NCBI RefSeq assembly: GCF_006345805.1
Contig: NW_021833572.1
Location: forward strand, 1 to 27,414
Origin: Octopus sinensis
Taxonomy: Eukaryota
Length of the DNA stretch: 27,414 nucleotides
Reading direction: 5' to 3'
The notes under the pieces: generated by a model
Told to the model about the DNA's origin: nothing
What the model saw: the letters and a program-made list of their open reading frames with translations, nothing else
The model's database searches: none
Made by a program: the position numbers and the translations under genes
Part shown: in pieces, positions 10,327 to 20,250 of the stretch
How the letters are laid out: each line of letters starts with the position of its first letter
Position numbering within the stretch: position 1 is the first letter of the stretch

Positions 10327-10967
10327 GCAGCATTCATTTTATCATCGATGAAAACAATTCTGCCAACTCCTTTAGACGAAATACAGCCCCATAACATTAT
10401 GTTCTTACCACCGTGTTTGACAGTAGGGAGAATGTTATTTGAATTATAACGTTCTCCTGGATAATATCGAACATATCGATATCCGTCACTCTGATATAAG
10501 TTAAATTTGCACTCATCGTAAAAATTACTGTGTCGAGTTCCTCATTTGACATACCCAAACATTTATCCAAAAATGATTTTCTTTTTTCAGTGTTTACCTG
10601 TCTTAAAAGTGGTTTTTAACTGGTGTTTTAGTAATAAGACCGCCAGATCGTAACGTATTTGATATACTTCATGTTGATATTGTGATACGATAATCGTGTT
10701 CAATTTTATCCTTAATTTGTCTCAACGTAATTAAGTGATCGATATCATGATATTTAAAGATATCGTGCTTTATGTCATTTGATAATTTTAATGGCCATCC
10801 AGAACCTATTCTTCTTGACAGAGATTCATTATTTTGTATTTTTGAATGTATTTTTTGCACCGCCGATTTCAAATCTTGTATTTCACGGCAATAAGTCTTT
10901 GAGACAGTCCGTTCCTTAAATCTTCAGCAATTAATATTTTATCCACGTCAGACAAGTGCTTAGGGAT
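9810..10967 (-). mobile_element. Tc1-like transposase remnant, interrupted by CRE copy 2
   Basis: HTH [71 protein letters not shown]. The frame continues YNQLLAQ beyond the insertion. Frameshifts, one stop, no TIR found. Confidence 0.85.
9852..10323 (+). mobile_element. 5'-truncated CRE-like element, copy 2 (young)
   Basis: DRGDGKRPDG, WDSTC, WPIVVETSG, QRILLAVMRGNS. 31-nt pure poly(A) at 10293-10323; 12-bp TSD aatatgcagcat at 9840-9851 and 10322-10333. Confidence 0.92.
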
Positions 10968-11256
10968 TGAAAAGTATTAATTTAAAAAAATAAACTGAGT
11001 TACAAATGGCAAAGTATTCCAGTCATAAGATCTGCAATTAATTAGACTAGCCACATATTTTGAAAAAAATAGAAAATACAGTCCCAGGTTATGTGCGGTC
11101 AAAATCTCACAAATTTATTATCAAAACAAATATATTTAATCATAAAACAACAAATAATAAGATAAATGGTGTTAAAACCAGGGCCAATTTGAGGAAAAGA
11201 AAAATAATAAAAAGAATTTGCAACCCCAAAACACCCCAAGAGACACCTGCCGATTG

Positions 11257-11855
11257 CTATTCGATCTCCTCAGGGAAAATCACAGCCTTGGGAGCAATCA
11301 AAAGTCGGGGATCGTCGACCAAGGCCTTCCTCATGTCTAAATGAATTGCCACAGTAAACCCAAGGCATCCTCGTCAGTATAATAATCAGTCACAGTCCTG
11401 TAAATAACGTACCCCAACTTCTCGTACATCGCACGGGCCACCAAATTGGACTTTCTTACATACAAGTCGACAAACTGGCACCCCTTCCTGCATGTTATTA
11501 GATTGGGACAACTCTGCGGATATATCCTCCAAATGTTTCATCAATTTCTTGGCAATTCCGCATTTTCGGTATTCTGGGTCCACGGAAATGGCAGTCACGT
11601 GTCCGTGGTAGTCGGAATCTCCCTCGTCCTTGCCTATCACGTACCCGACGATTTGGCCGGACATATTTTCGACAACTAGGAAATAGTTTGGGTAGTGGCA
11701 AAAGTAAAGCATGTAGAAGGATATGTCAAACTAGGTCATTACAAGGGGGTCTACATTTTCGGTGAAGGGGTCGAGATTGCTTAAATTAGTGTATAATTAT
11801 ACATGTTATTTATCTTGAAAAGATCCTCCCATTTGACACACCTCACTGTAAACAT
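11257..11855 (-). CDS. NAA20: N-alpha-acetyltransferase 20 (NatB catalytic subunit), 168 aa, 5 exons
   Basis: Exons 11855-11803, 11779-11755, 11730-11510, 11487-11360, 11336-11257; GT-AG introns of 23, 24, 22, 23 nt. Protein MFTVRCVKWEDLFKINNINLDPFTEN...YHGHVTAISV...FVDLYVRKSN...EDALDMRKAL...PEEIE is colinear with NAA20. Confidence 0.95.
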
Positions 11856-11894
11856 TTAAATATTTATTAAAAATAGTCATTAATCAAAAAAACT

Positions 11895-14089
11895 AATAGT
11901 CACCAACCATCAAGAAAACCTCTCTCTGGACAGCACTCTTGCAAAACCAAAGCCTTCTTTCTGTTGCTATTGTCTGGAGATGTTGAACAAAATCCTGGAC
12001 CAAAGAAATTCTTGAACGTTATGAGCTTAAACATAAATGGCGTCAGAGGAAAGGCCAAAGACCTCAATATGTACATGGAAAGAAAGAATATCAAGAAGGG
12101 AATTACATTCACAAAAACTCATGAAATCTTTACAAAACTGACCCAAGATGCTATCTCTGAAGTCATGGGGCTTACTATTCATACCTCCAATGGAATTATT
12201 ACTATTGGAAACTTATATATTCCCCCACCGGGGTCATGCGCCAAAGGATTTACTGTCGATCTGTCTAGCCTTACTGCTTTCCGGAGATTTTAATGCCAAG
12301 CACCCTCTGTGGTTTCGAAACAACCGGCGGATGCGAGAGGAAATCTCATTTTTTCCCAATTCAAGAGACTGTGAACGATCCAAAGAAAAATACAAGGACG
12401 TCATATAACGGAAAAGAATCGATCACATCTCCAGACTTAACCTTTTGTTCCCCGAAATTAGCACCAATTATTTTTTGGACGGTAAACTATCACAATTTAA
12501 TCATTATACGAATAAACTGTTCTCCAATGACCCGAGAGAAACATGATTTCTACTACGATTATAATAATGCAAAATGGTCGGCTTATAAGAAATACGTCGA
12601 TACGAAACTTTCCACATTCTATCCGGAACCTAACTCCCTCGATAGGGCAGTCAAATACTTCAATAAAGTGATACTCGTGGGAAGGAAATTATATGTCCAA
12701 AAACGTTTCCGGAAAATATCAGAAAGAAAACAAAACCCAGAAAGTATCAGACTGATAAAGGAAAGGAACTTCCTTAAGCGCAAAAAAATTTCTAACCAAA
12801 AAAACAACAAAGAGAATAAGGACACTGAATATGGCGATCCGGAGTAGACAGTCAAAAAAAGCAGAAGCTGGGGAGGATATCATCAGCTATGAAAAGGAAT
12901 AGTCCACTATCTGTGGAAGATGCTACATAAATTTCGGGACTATGATGCACAAACCTGGTGAATCACTAAATTTAAACAAATTTATGAAGCACTGTGTCTC
13001 AATCAGCTACAAACCATATCAGAAACACAATAGGCCACCAAATTCTTTACTAAAACCAAAAAAGGGACAGCTATCAACCCCTTTTCTACCTGATCAAGTC
13101 ACATTGGTAATCCAACACACAATGAATAAAATTTCCTGTGGTCCAGACGGAATACCAATGATTCTGCTCAAGAAAGCAGAAAATTTACTCGTTGAATATG
13201 GTTACCAAATTTAAAACTATGGCTTGCCAATTTTCTGAATGGACGTCGGGGTAGAGTCTACAAGGGCAATCGAAGATCTACATCAATGCTACTACTGAAT
13301 GGAGTGGCACAAGGTTCCCCCCTATCTCCCGTATTATTCAACCTAATGTTGAACGATATGCTTCTTCCTAAAAACAAGAATGACATTTTACCATCATATG
13401 CGAATAGCTGCATCGAGGTATATATTTGTCAGCGAAGCTACAAGAAGATTACAGAAAAATATAAATAACCTGTGTATATGGCTCAATGACAATCTGTTGA
13501 AAGTAAGTCCGGAAAGGTCTAAGCTAACCTTTTTCACAACTAACAAAAGACTGGGTAAATGTGACCATGGAAGGGAAATCAATTCCTCAAAATGAAACTC
13601 TAAAGATACTAGGGATCACTTTTGACACCTTTTTTACTCCTCATATGTTAACGAAATGCAATAAGAAACTAAACTTTCTTTAAGCATTTCTTGGAAAATT
13701 GGAAAACGCCAAAGGAACTTACGGATTAGAATCTCTATACACTCAATACATTAAATTGACAATTGGTTACAGATGTACAGTATGGGGATGCAATCTAGCA
13801 TATACAAATGTCAAAAAATTGACAATATTCAAATGGAGATTGTAAACCTCCTACCGAATGTCACGGGGAACAAAATTCAACCAATGGGATTAGAATAAAT
13901 CGTGAATAAAAACGGTGGAGACCTCAGGAAAAAAGTCCATGTTCGGGATCGCCGACCTAAGACTTAGGCAATGCGCTGTAGAACACAGAGAGAAGATGCA
14001 AAGGTTTCTAAAAAAGGCTGGGATCACCTGAAATAGTTGATTATGGTTATGACGGTGTTTTTGGTCATAATAAATAAATAAAAATAAAA
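11895..14089 (+). mobile_element. Vingi-like element 3 (5'-truncated, internally deleted, degenerate)
   Basis: FFLLLLSGDVEQNPGP (motif 11979-12002), SLNING, GDFNAKHP, SPDLTFCSP, GPDG, GVAQGSPLSPVLFN. Stem-loop ttatgac/gtcataa at 14047-14070, then (TAAA)n tail to ~14089. No TSD found; left boundary approximate. Confidence 0.82.
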
Positions 14090-14210
14090 TTCGAAAACGT
14101 GACAATAAATCCCAGTTCCCGCCATTTTGTAATATTTCACAGCCAGTAAAAATAGCCAAATTAGGAAATAAATGATAATATAAAAAAAATAAAAGAAAAT
14201 AGTTCCGGAA

Positions 14211-14647
14211 ATGTTTTGGATGGCATTCCTGGCGGTGTCGAACGTGTTGATGATGATAGGTGCAGTAATTTAAATATTAGATTAGTGCAGGTGATAATGG
14301 GGACAGTCCCCTACATGCTCCCCAAGCCTAAAGTGTTCATGGAGGACATTCCCCCCTGCAGACGAGTCGAAATAGTCTTTGGAGATAATATCGTGGATTT
14401 GTTCATCAAAGGACAATCCCCCTCCAAATGGGCCATCTACAAGACTGTCCACTCGGGGGAAATATTTTATTTGGGACTCACTTCCGACGTGCCGGGGACA
14501 GACGGCGACGGAGTCTACCTCCAAAAACTGGCGAATAAACCCGTGGACGAGACTGTCGACGTCAGCATTTACACTGTTCATAACAAATACCTGTTCAATG
14601 GGTACATTAAGGAAAAAGCACAATATAAATGTATTACTACAGCCTGA
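14211..14647 (+). CDS. Hypothetical secreted/orphan protein, 136 aa, one 26-nt intron
   Basis: ATG 14211; intron 14265-14290 (alternative 14260-14285, same frame). Hydrophobic N-terminus MFWMAFLAVSNVLMMIGAVIMG, then open to TGA 14647. GC-richer than flanks. No family recognised. Confidence 0.65.
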
Positions 14648-14775
14648 CAGAGCTGTCTTGAAGTCACCCACATGAAGTCTACATCAATAGTTTTTTTATT
14701 TTAAATTATATTTTTATGTTATATTTTTAAATTTGTAATAAATAAAATTCAAAATTTCAATATTATTTTGTGGGC

Positions 14776-15241
14776 ATGGAAAACTCGAAATCATCACTAA
14801 AGACAGTGATTTCTCTCGTCGAAAAGCCTTCTGTCATTTCTAATGGACCTTTCTATTTACTTAGAAAACTTCCAGGTAATAAAAAAACATTAAAACAAGT
14901 CAGAACCCGATCTGATCTCAGGCTACAACAATCTCCTAAAATACTATGAATTGGACACAATATTCGACAAATACTCAAATAAACGAATAGATCAAAGCCT
15001 CACAGCTTACTTACCTCGACTTTTGGGACATATGGACCTCACCTGGCAGCCAGAAGGCAGTTCACTGAGACAAATTCTAAACCAGAGGCCAGAAGTGGCC
15101 AAGTCTATCAACCCTCTCTCAGAAAACGACTTGGAATCGTTTAGATTGGAGGAAGGCCCTCTACCGCCTGAGTATTTAGAAATATTTGCAGTCAAAGATC
15201 CTGTGAAAGATTCTGTCCCTAAAAGACGAAAATTGATATAA
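14776..15241 (+). CDS. MED19: Mediator subunit 19, 145 aa, one 28-nt intron
   Basis: Exons 14776-14875 and 14904-15241. GPFYLLRKLP|EPDLISGYNNLLKYYEL...YLPRLLGHMDL...SSLRQIL...FRLEEGPLP matches the metazoan Med19 core as recalled. Confidence 0.85.
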
Positions 15242-15321
15242 TTTATTAAAATATAATTTTAGTTGTATTATTATTAATTTGAATTTAATAATATCTAAGT
15301 AATCTGTAGTTTGTGGTCATT

Positions 15322-16510
15322 ATGAGTCTTAACACTATATCAATGAAGTATCCTCCACTTATTGACCCATCTCGGACACCAATAGCCTACGGACGGCAGT
15401 CTTTCTATCAACTGGTTTGAGTATATTTGACCAACAGAACATTCAAATTCATTCCAACTCAATAATAACCCAACAACGTGCACTAAGAGCCCTCTCTGAC
15501 CTAGTCCATGATCCTGAACATACTTACACGTGTATTAAAATAGGACTAGCCACCAACCTGACCTCCTTCCTTACCAATGTGGACAATGTTCTGCGGTCTC
15601 TGGCAGTGCAGTGTGTCTTCACGTTGGCAGGTTGGACATTTGACTTACCCAGGGCACTGCTGTGGCCGGGAATTCATCATTTCTGAAGGTCTAATCAAAC
15701 CAATTGCCTTGTTGACTGAACAGAACGAATTAGAGAACATTCGACAATTAGCTCAGGGGACACTTCAGAGGGTTTCCTGTCTGCAGGAAGGCTCGGAGTG
15801 TATGATTGTAGAAGGAATGATCCCCCAATTCGTGACTCAGACGGCTGAGGAGGTCGAGGGGATTAAAGTAGTCGTCAGGGGGATTGTAGGCTATTGTTTT
15901 GGACACTCTCCACAACTGTTTGAGAGTCAATACTTCACTGGCCATCGAAAACGGAGCCATCGGAGTGTTTTTGTGTCTGTTGGGCAGTCATCTTTACACA
16001 ATACGTTTTCGAGCAGCCAGGAATTTGATGGATTTGGCGTATTTTGAGTTAGTTAATGTCAGTGTGTCTCTGGATGGGAAGAACAAGGCAGTGGAGGAGG
16101 GGTCTATCCCTCTCCTTTTAAAGTTGTTGAATGATGAGAACGATGAGGTCAAAGGGCATGTCTGTGGGGCTCTCATGCTGTAATATTTGTTGACTATTCC
16201 AGGCTAACCGTCATTACTAAGGGAAAGTTTGTGGCTGTTGATAATGGGGCAGTCGACCTTCTTTTGCCTCTGTTAGAAAGCCAGTCAGATCACGTCAAGA
16301 CGAATGCACTGAAGGTAGTTCTGGATTGTCATTTTTAGTGTTTGACGTGTTTGGCAGAAGTTCCTTCTGTTAGAAAAACATTGCTGAATCACCTCGATCG
16401 GGTATGCATCAAGGGAATGAGTGTAGATATGCCATTTGATCGAAACGGAGGAAAATTACGTTTCCAGAGCGGCTAACATTGCAAAAAGAGTGATTACGTG
16501 GACTCCATAA
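15322..16510 (+). CDS. RSPH14: Radial spoke head 14 homolog (ARM-repeat, RTDR1), 341 aa, 8 exons
   Basis: Introns 15415-15437, 15631-15652, 15868-15889, 16039-16062, 16180-16202, 16315-16338, 16402-16426 (23, 22, 22, 24, 23, 24, 25 nt). Motifs AYG, ALSDLVHDPE, GALMLLTVITKGK, LTCLAE, RAANIAKRVITWTP* are colinear with RSPH14. Confidence 0.9.
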
Positions 16511-17399
16511 GTCATTCATCACTAACACTACTATGTTTACTTACACTGAAACCTCACTAACTAAATTTATTTGGCCAATTCTGATGAATTCTTAACTTGC
16601 TATAAATATTAATGTACAAAGAAATTATTCTGATTACGAATAAAAGTGATCACTTTTCAAACTTTTAACTCATTTTCTTAAAGAAACTGTTAGTTAAAAA
16701 CGATTAATTTGAAAATACGTTACATGCAAAGGTGACAAAAACTTATCCGAGTGTCGAGTCATCAAATAATTTACAAGTTAATCAATAAGACTTTTAAATT
16801 GTAACATTTTAACTGAAAATATCAAAGTGGCTGAAAGGCTAGTCGAGACCCTACTGGTCAGCTTGACAACGCCGCACTGCGTATTTTAAATTATTATTTC
16901 GCAAACTAAACTGGAGACCACGGTGATATAAATAGTTTGAAACTTATATAAACAATTTAACAAAATTACATTTTTTAACTTTATTCATAGTAACTATCTT
17001 AGATTTTATTTTTTAACTTGATCTAAATGTTTGGAAAAACAACTAACCATTTATTTGTTATTAGGCATTACATTTTTTACTTTTCTTTTTTCTTCATCAA
17101 ATCTATATGTTGTTTCAATGAAAATTCTTTCCATAATATTTCGATTCAAACCCAAACTGTTCCTATTTAACTATACCTTATTCTCTATTCTAAAATCATA
17201 TTTTTACCTTTCTACCCCTATCTTTTTATTCATTCTTTTAAAATGAGATGAACTCATGTTGGACGAGTAAATTGAAAATTTTATAAGTCGTTTCTAAAAA
17301 TAAATACATCGTAAATTTATCATTCAGTTTATCTTGGACAAACGATGCCTAATTATTTTCATCTAAATAATAAATGAGATAAAAATTTATTATTTCATG

Positions 17400-17950
17400 A
17401 ATCACAGTGTTAATTCCAGAAATATTACTAAACTTTTCGAAGATTTCATTGATCACCGAGTGATGTGTCGTATTATACGAATAAGTTACTTTGTCTAAAA
17501 ATAGTTTCCGTTTTTTTATTTTTTCATCAGTTTTGCCATACTTTGTTTCAATGTCTGTTTAAAGCGGTCAATCACACCTTCATTTAGTTAAAATTATAAA
17601 CTTGTGACTGGGAATGATTTGGTTTTCTATAAATATTTTTGATTTTATTTTTTTTTGCATATTTGATCCATCAGTTGTTTTTTGAATTCCACTCCGTTGT
17701 TGGAAACTCGAACATAAATTGTTCTGGAACATTATGATAACTGATTTTGTAAATAAAATTCTCATCCGTTGTCTGTTTGTAAAATTTGGCAATATCAAAT
17801 TTGACAAAATTTTTTTAAATTTATTTATAGCTTCTAAAATAAGTATCAGCAAAAGCAGTTTTATTTTTTAAGAATTTGCAGACTTTAAATTTGTTGTAAA
17901 TGTTGATAATTGTTTGTTAAAATATTTATATTTGTTAACATCAAAAGGAT
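17400..17950 (-). pseudogene. Degenerate retroviral-type (rve) integrase
   Basis: Frameshifted YKYILT...LKNKTA...ILQTDNG.EF...GVIDRFKQTLKQSMAKL...YSYNTTHHSVI. Boundaries approximate. Confidence 0.6.
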
Positions 17951-18055
17951 TCCCTCTGAATCTTTCATGTGGACTTCTTGCAGTTACATGGTAATTAGAA
18001 TCAATACCTAAGTATATTTATTTGAAAACAACTTTTAAAAGAAATAAAATAGTTA

Positions 18056-18475
18056 TTATCTAACTAAATTCCCGGCCTCGTAAATGGAAACACAGTTTCC
18101 ACGTACTATAGCCGAGGAAATCCTTTCGAGAAGCCACTTGGACTCGCGTGGGTCTCCCCGTTTATGGGAAATCATGCGGCCAAGCTTTTTCAAAAAGGAA
18201 AGAGACTTTTCGCCGATGACGCCGGAAGTCTCGACGGCGATAGGAGTGAACAGATATCGTTCAGAGAGCTCCTTGTACTTTCCGATTTTCATCTTCTCGG
18301 TTTTGCGAGAGACTGAGCCAGGCTCGGCAGCTGAAGAAGGAAGATTAAGCTCCGAGAAAGTGTCTGAACACGTCGCATCCCATATCAGAGACTTGCCGAA
18401 CTCAAACGGGAAAGTCGATAGACCGTCGGGTCTTTTTCCGTCTCCCCTCGCAAGCCCAAAACTTTTAATGGCTCG
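18056..18475 (-). mobile_element. CRE-like 3' fragment, copy 3
   Basis: RGDGKRPDG, WDATCSDT, FTPIAVETSG, ERISSAIVRGNC. No TSD found. Confidence 0.85.
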
Positions 18476-18518
18476 GCAAATTTACAAATTTCCCAGTCTT
18501 TTATAATTCGTTCAATAA

Positions 18519-18850
18519 TTAAGCGTTTCGCAGTAAAAAGAAATTTACTACATTTTTATGAAGTTTTGTATTCCCTGGCGGCATTCTGGTGAATAGCGAA
18601 TTCGAGTGTCCGCGTAAAACAGCCAGCAAGATCCTCTGAATAAGGAATATAAATTCCCTGAAATCTTTGGATCGACAGACGGCCAAGTTTCTTAAGATGA
18701 GCAAACGTCTTGGCTCCAAAAATACAGGAAGTGTCGACGGCAATTGCCCAAAGCAAAAATCGATCGCGTAAATCCTCGTATTTTGTCAATTTCGTGAATT
18801 CGGCTTTCTCGGCCGACGACCGGGTTGATAAGGCGTAAAATTCAAGGCTC
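18519..18850 (-). mobile_element. CRE-like 3' fragment, copy 4 (same subfamily as copy 2, frameshifted)
   Basis: AEKAEFTKLTKY, WAIAVDTS, SKDFREFIFLIQRILLAVLRG, versus SKDPREFTFLIQRILLAVMRG in copy 2. Confidence 0.8.
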
Positions 18851-18907
18851 CGTGGAATACTAAATTAACCAAATTTCTAACAATAAAAAATTTCTAAACA
18901 ATAGAAT

Positions 18908-20010
18908 ACTATCGATCCCGCTTATTGGGGCATTTTTTAATAATTTTAAATAAATTTTTTATGCATTATTTTATTTTAAATAATAGCGTGTGGTTTAGTG
19001 GTTATTCTAAAAAAACTTTCTTGTGGTTTAAGGAAAAAAATTTTTGTACCGTTGGCAAATTCTATATTCGAAAGCGAAATATCCAAGATGTTTAAAATTG
19101 GAAAGGGAACAGTATTTAGGATAAAAATTGAAACTAAACAAGGATTTTATTCAAATCCTATTACTGACGCAGTTCTATACAGAGACTATGAATCAGATTT
19201 ATCATCGAAACTCGATCGTCTGGTTTTTGAACTTTTCAAGAATCAGAGGCAAGATGGAATTTCAGTTTAATTAAAAAAATTGCCAGAAATATTGCGATTC
19301 GGATAAATTTTAGCAGCTTTAAAGGCTCTAATGCAGGGTTCTTAACCGGGGGTACATGTGCCTAGGGGTACGCGGAACAATTTTTGATTATTCAGATATG
19401 TTTCAATTGTTGCACACTTATGGAATTTTGAGTAAAATGATTCCAAAGTATCGTTATTGACTATGGCTAGTATGCAATATTTAATTTAAAAAATAGATAG
19501 GGGGTATTCTGGGTCCATTTTTAACCTTAAGAGGCACAATTTATCAAAAATTTGAAAAAGGTTAAGAACCGCTGCTCTAATAGATAGCTAGGCCGCTTTA
19601 AAAACGTAATAAACTATCTTTTAGAGCAATTTTTGGTGAAAAGAATTCCTCCAACAAAAATTTAATTAAAAAATTTATGAATAAGTTCAACATGGAAGAC
19701 ATTTTTAATTATAACGAAACCTGCCTTTTCATTAAAAAAGAAGCCGAATAAATTATTTGTCATTGATGATGAAAATTGCTTTGGTAGAAAATTCTGTAAA
19801 GAAAAAATACAATCCTTCTTTTATGCTCTTCTATAAAGGTGAAAGTTAAACCTTGGTTATTGAAAAGTATAAATCACCCAGATGCCTAAAAATATAAGAA
19901 CTGAGGATTGTGAAGTAATGATTTTAAAAAATACATACAGATTATACGATGCGTCCAAAAATGCATGGATGACAAATAATATTTTAATCAATTGGTTCAA
20001 CTGTATTGTG
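18908..20010 (+). mobile_element. Tigger/pogo-like transposase remnant (N-terminal half), interrupted by a hAT MITE
   Basis: CENP-B-type HTH SEISKMFKIGKGTV, LDRLVFELF, FKGSN..LGRFKKR..I.GE, IFNYNETCLF, KSPR, AWMT. Possible TA-flanked TIR near 18908 (weak). Confidence 0.72.
19334..19574. mobile_element. hAT (Charlie-like) MITE, 241 bp
   Basis: TIRs cagggttcttaacc / ggttaagaaccgctg; 8-bp TSD ctctaatg (19326-19333) / ctctaata (19575-19582). Confidence 0.85.
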
Positions 20011-20250
20011 ATAACCAAAGCTTTTATTAAACGTCTACAAAATCAAAAAATGTAACCGGTTCCATATGCGTAATGGCTGTCACATAATATACCACTAATA
20101 ATGTATTCGGCGAAAGTCTTTCAAGGTACTGAATTACTTTACTCAGTGTTTTAACAAACATCTGAAAACCATTTTTTCAATGATTAGACTGACCGTAGTA
20201 AAGATTTGGTTAAATTTATTGAAAAATTGGGAATAAGAAAAAAAAAGTAA

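Noticed and set aside
11096-11120. TACAGT as the Tc1 terminal repeat
   Set aside because: Wrong orientation for the minus-strand transposase, and no partner repeat was found.
11895-11978. Ribozyme upstream of the third 2A motif
   Set aside because: No P1/L3/P4 pattern; by spacing it would fall within the NAA20 start, so the element is 5'-truncated.
14282-14671. 129-aa antisense ORF over the orphan gene
   Set aside because: Likely a shadow frame; the plus strand has a signal peptide, a splice solution and the same orientation as its neighbours.
17031-17246. 71-aa hydrophobic ORF
   Set aside because: Low-complexity AT-rich sequence, TTG start, no motif or splice support.
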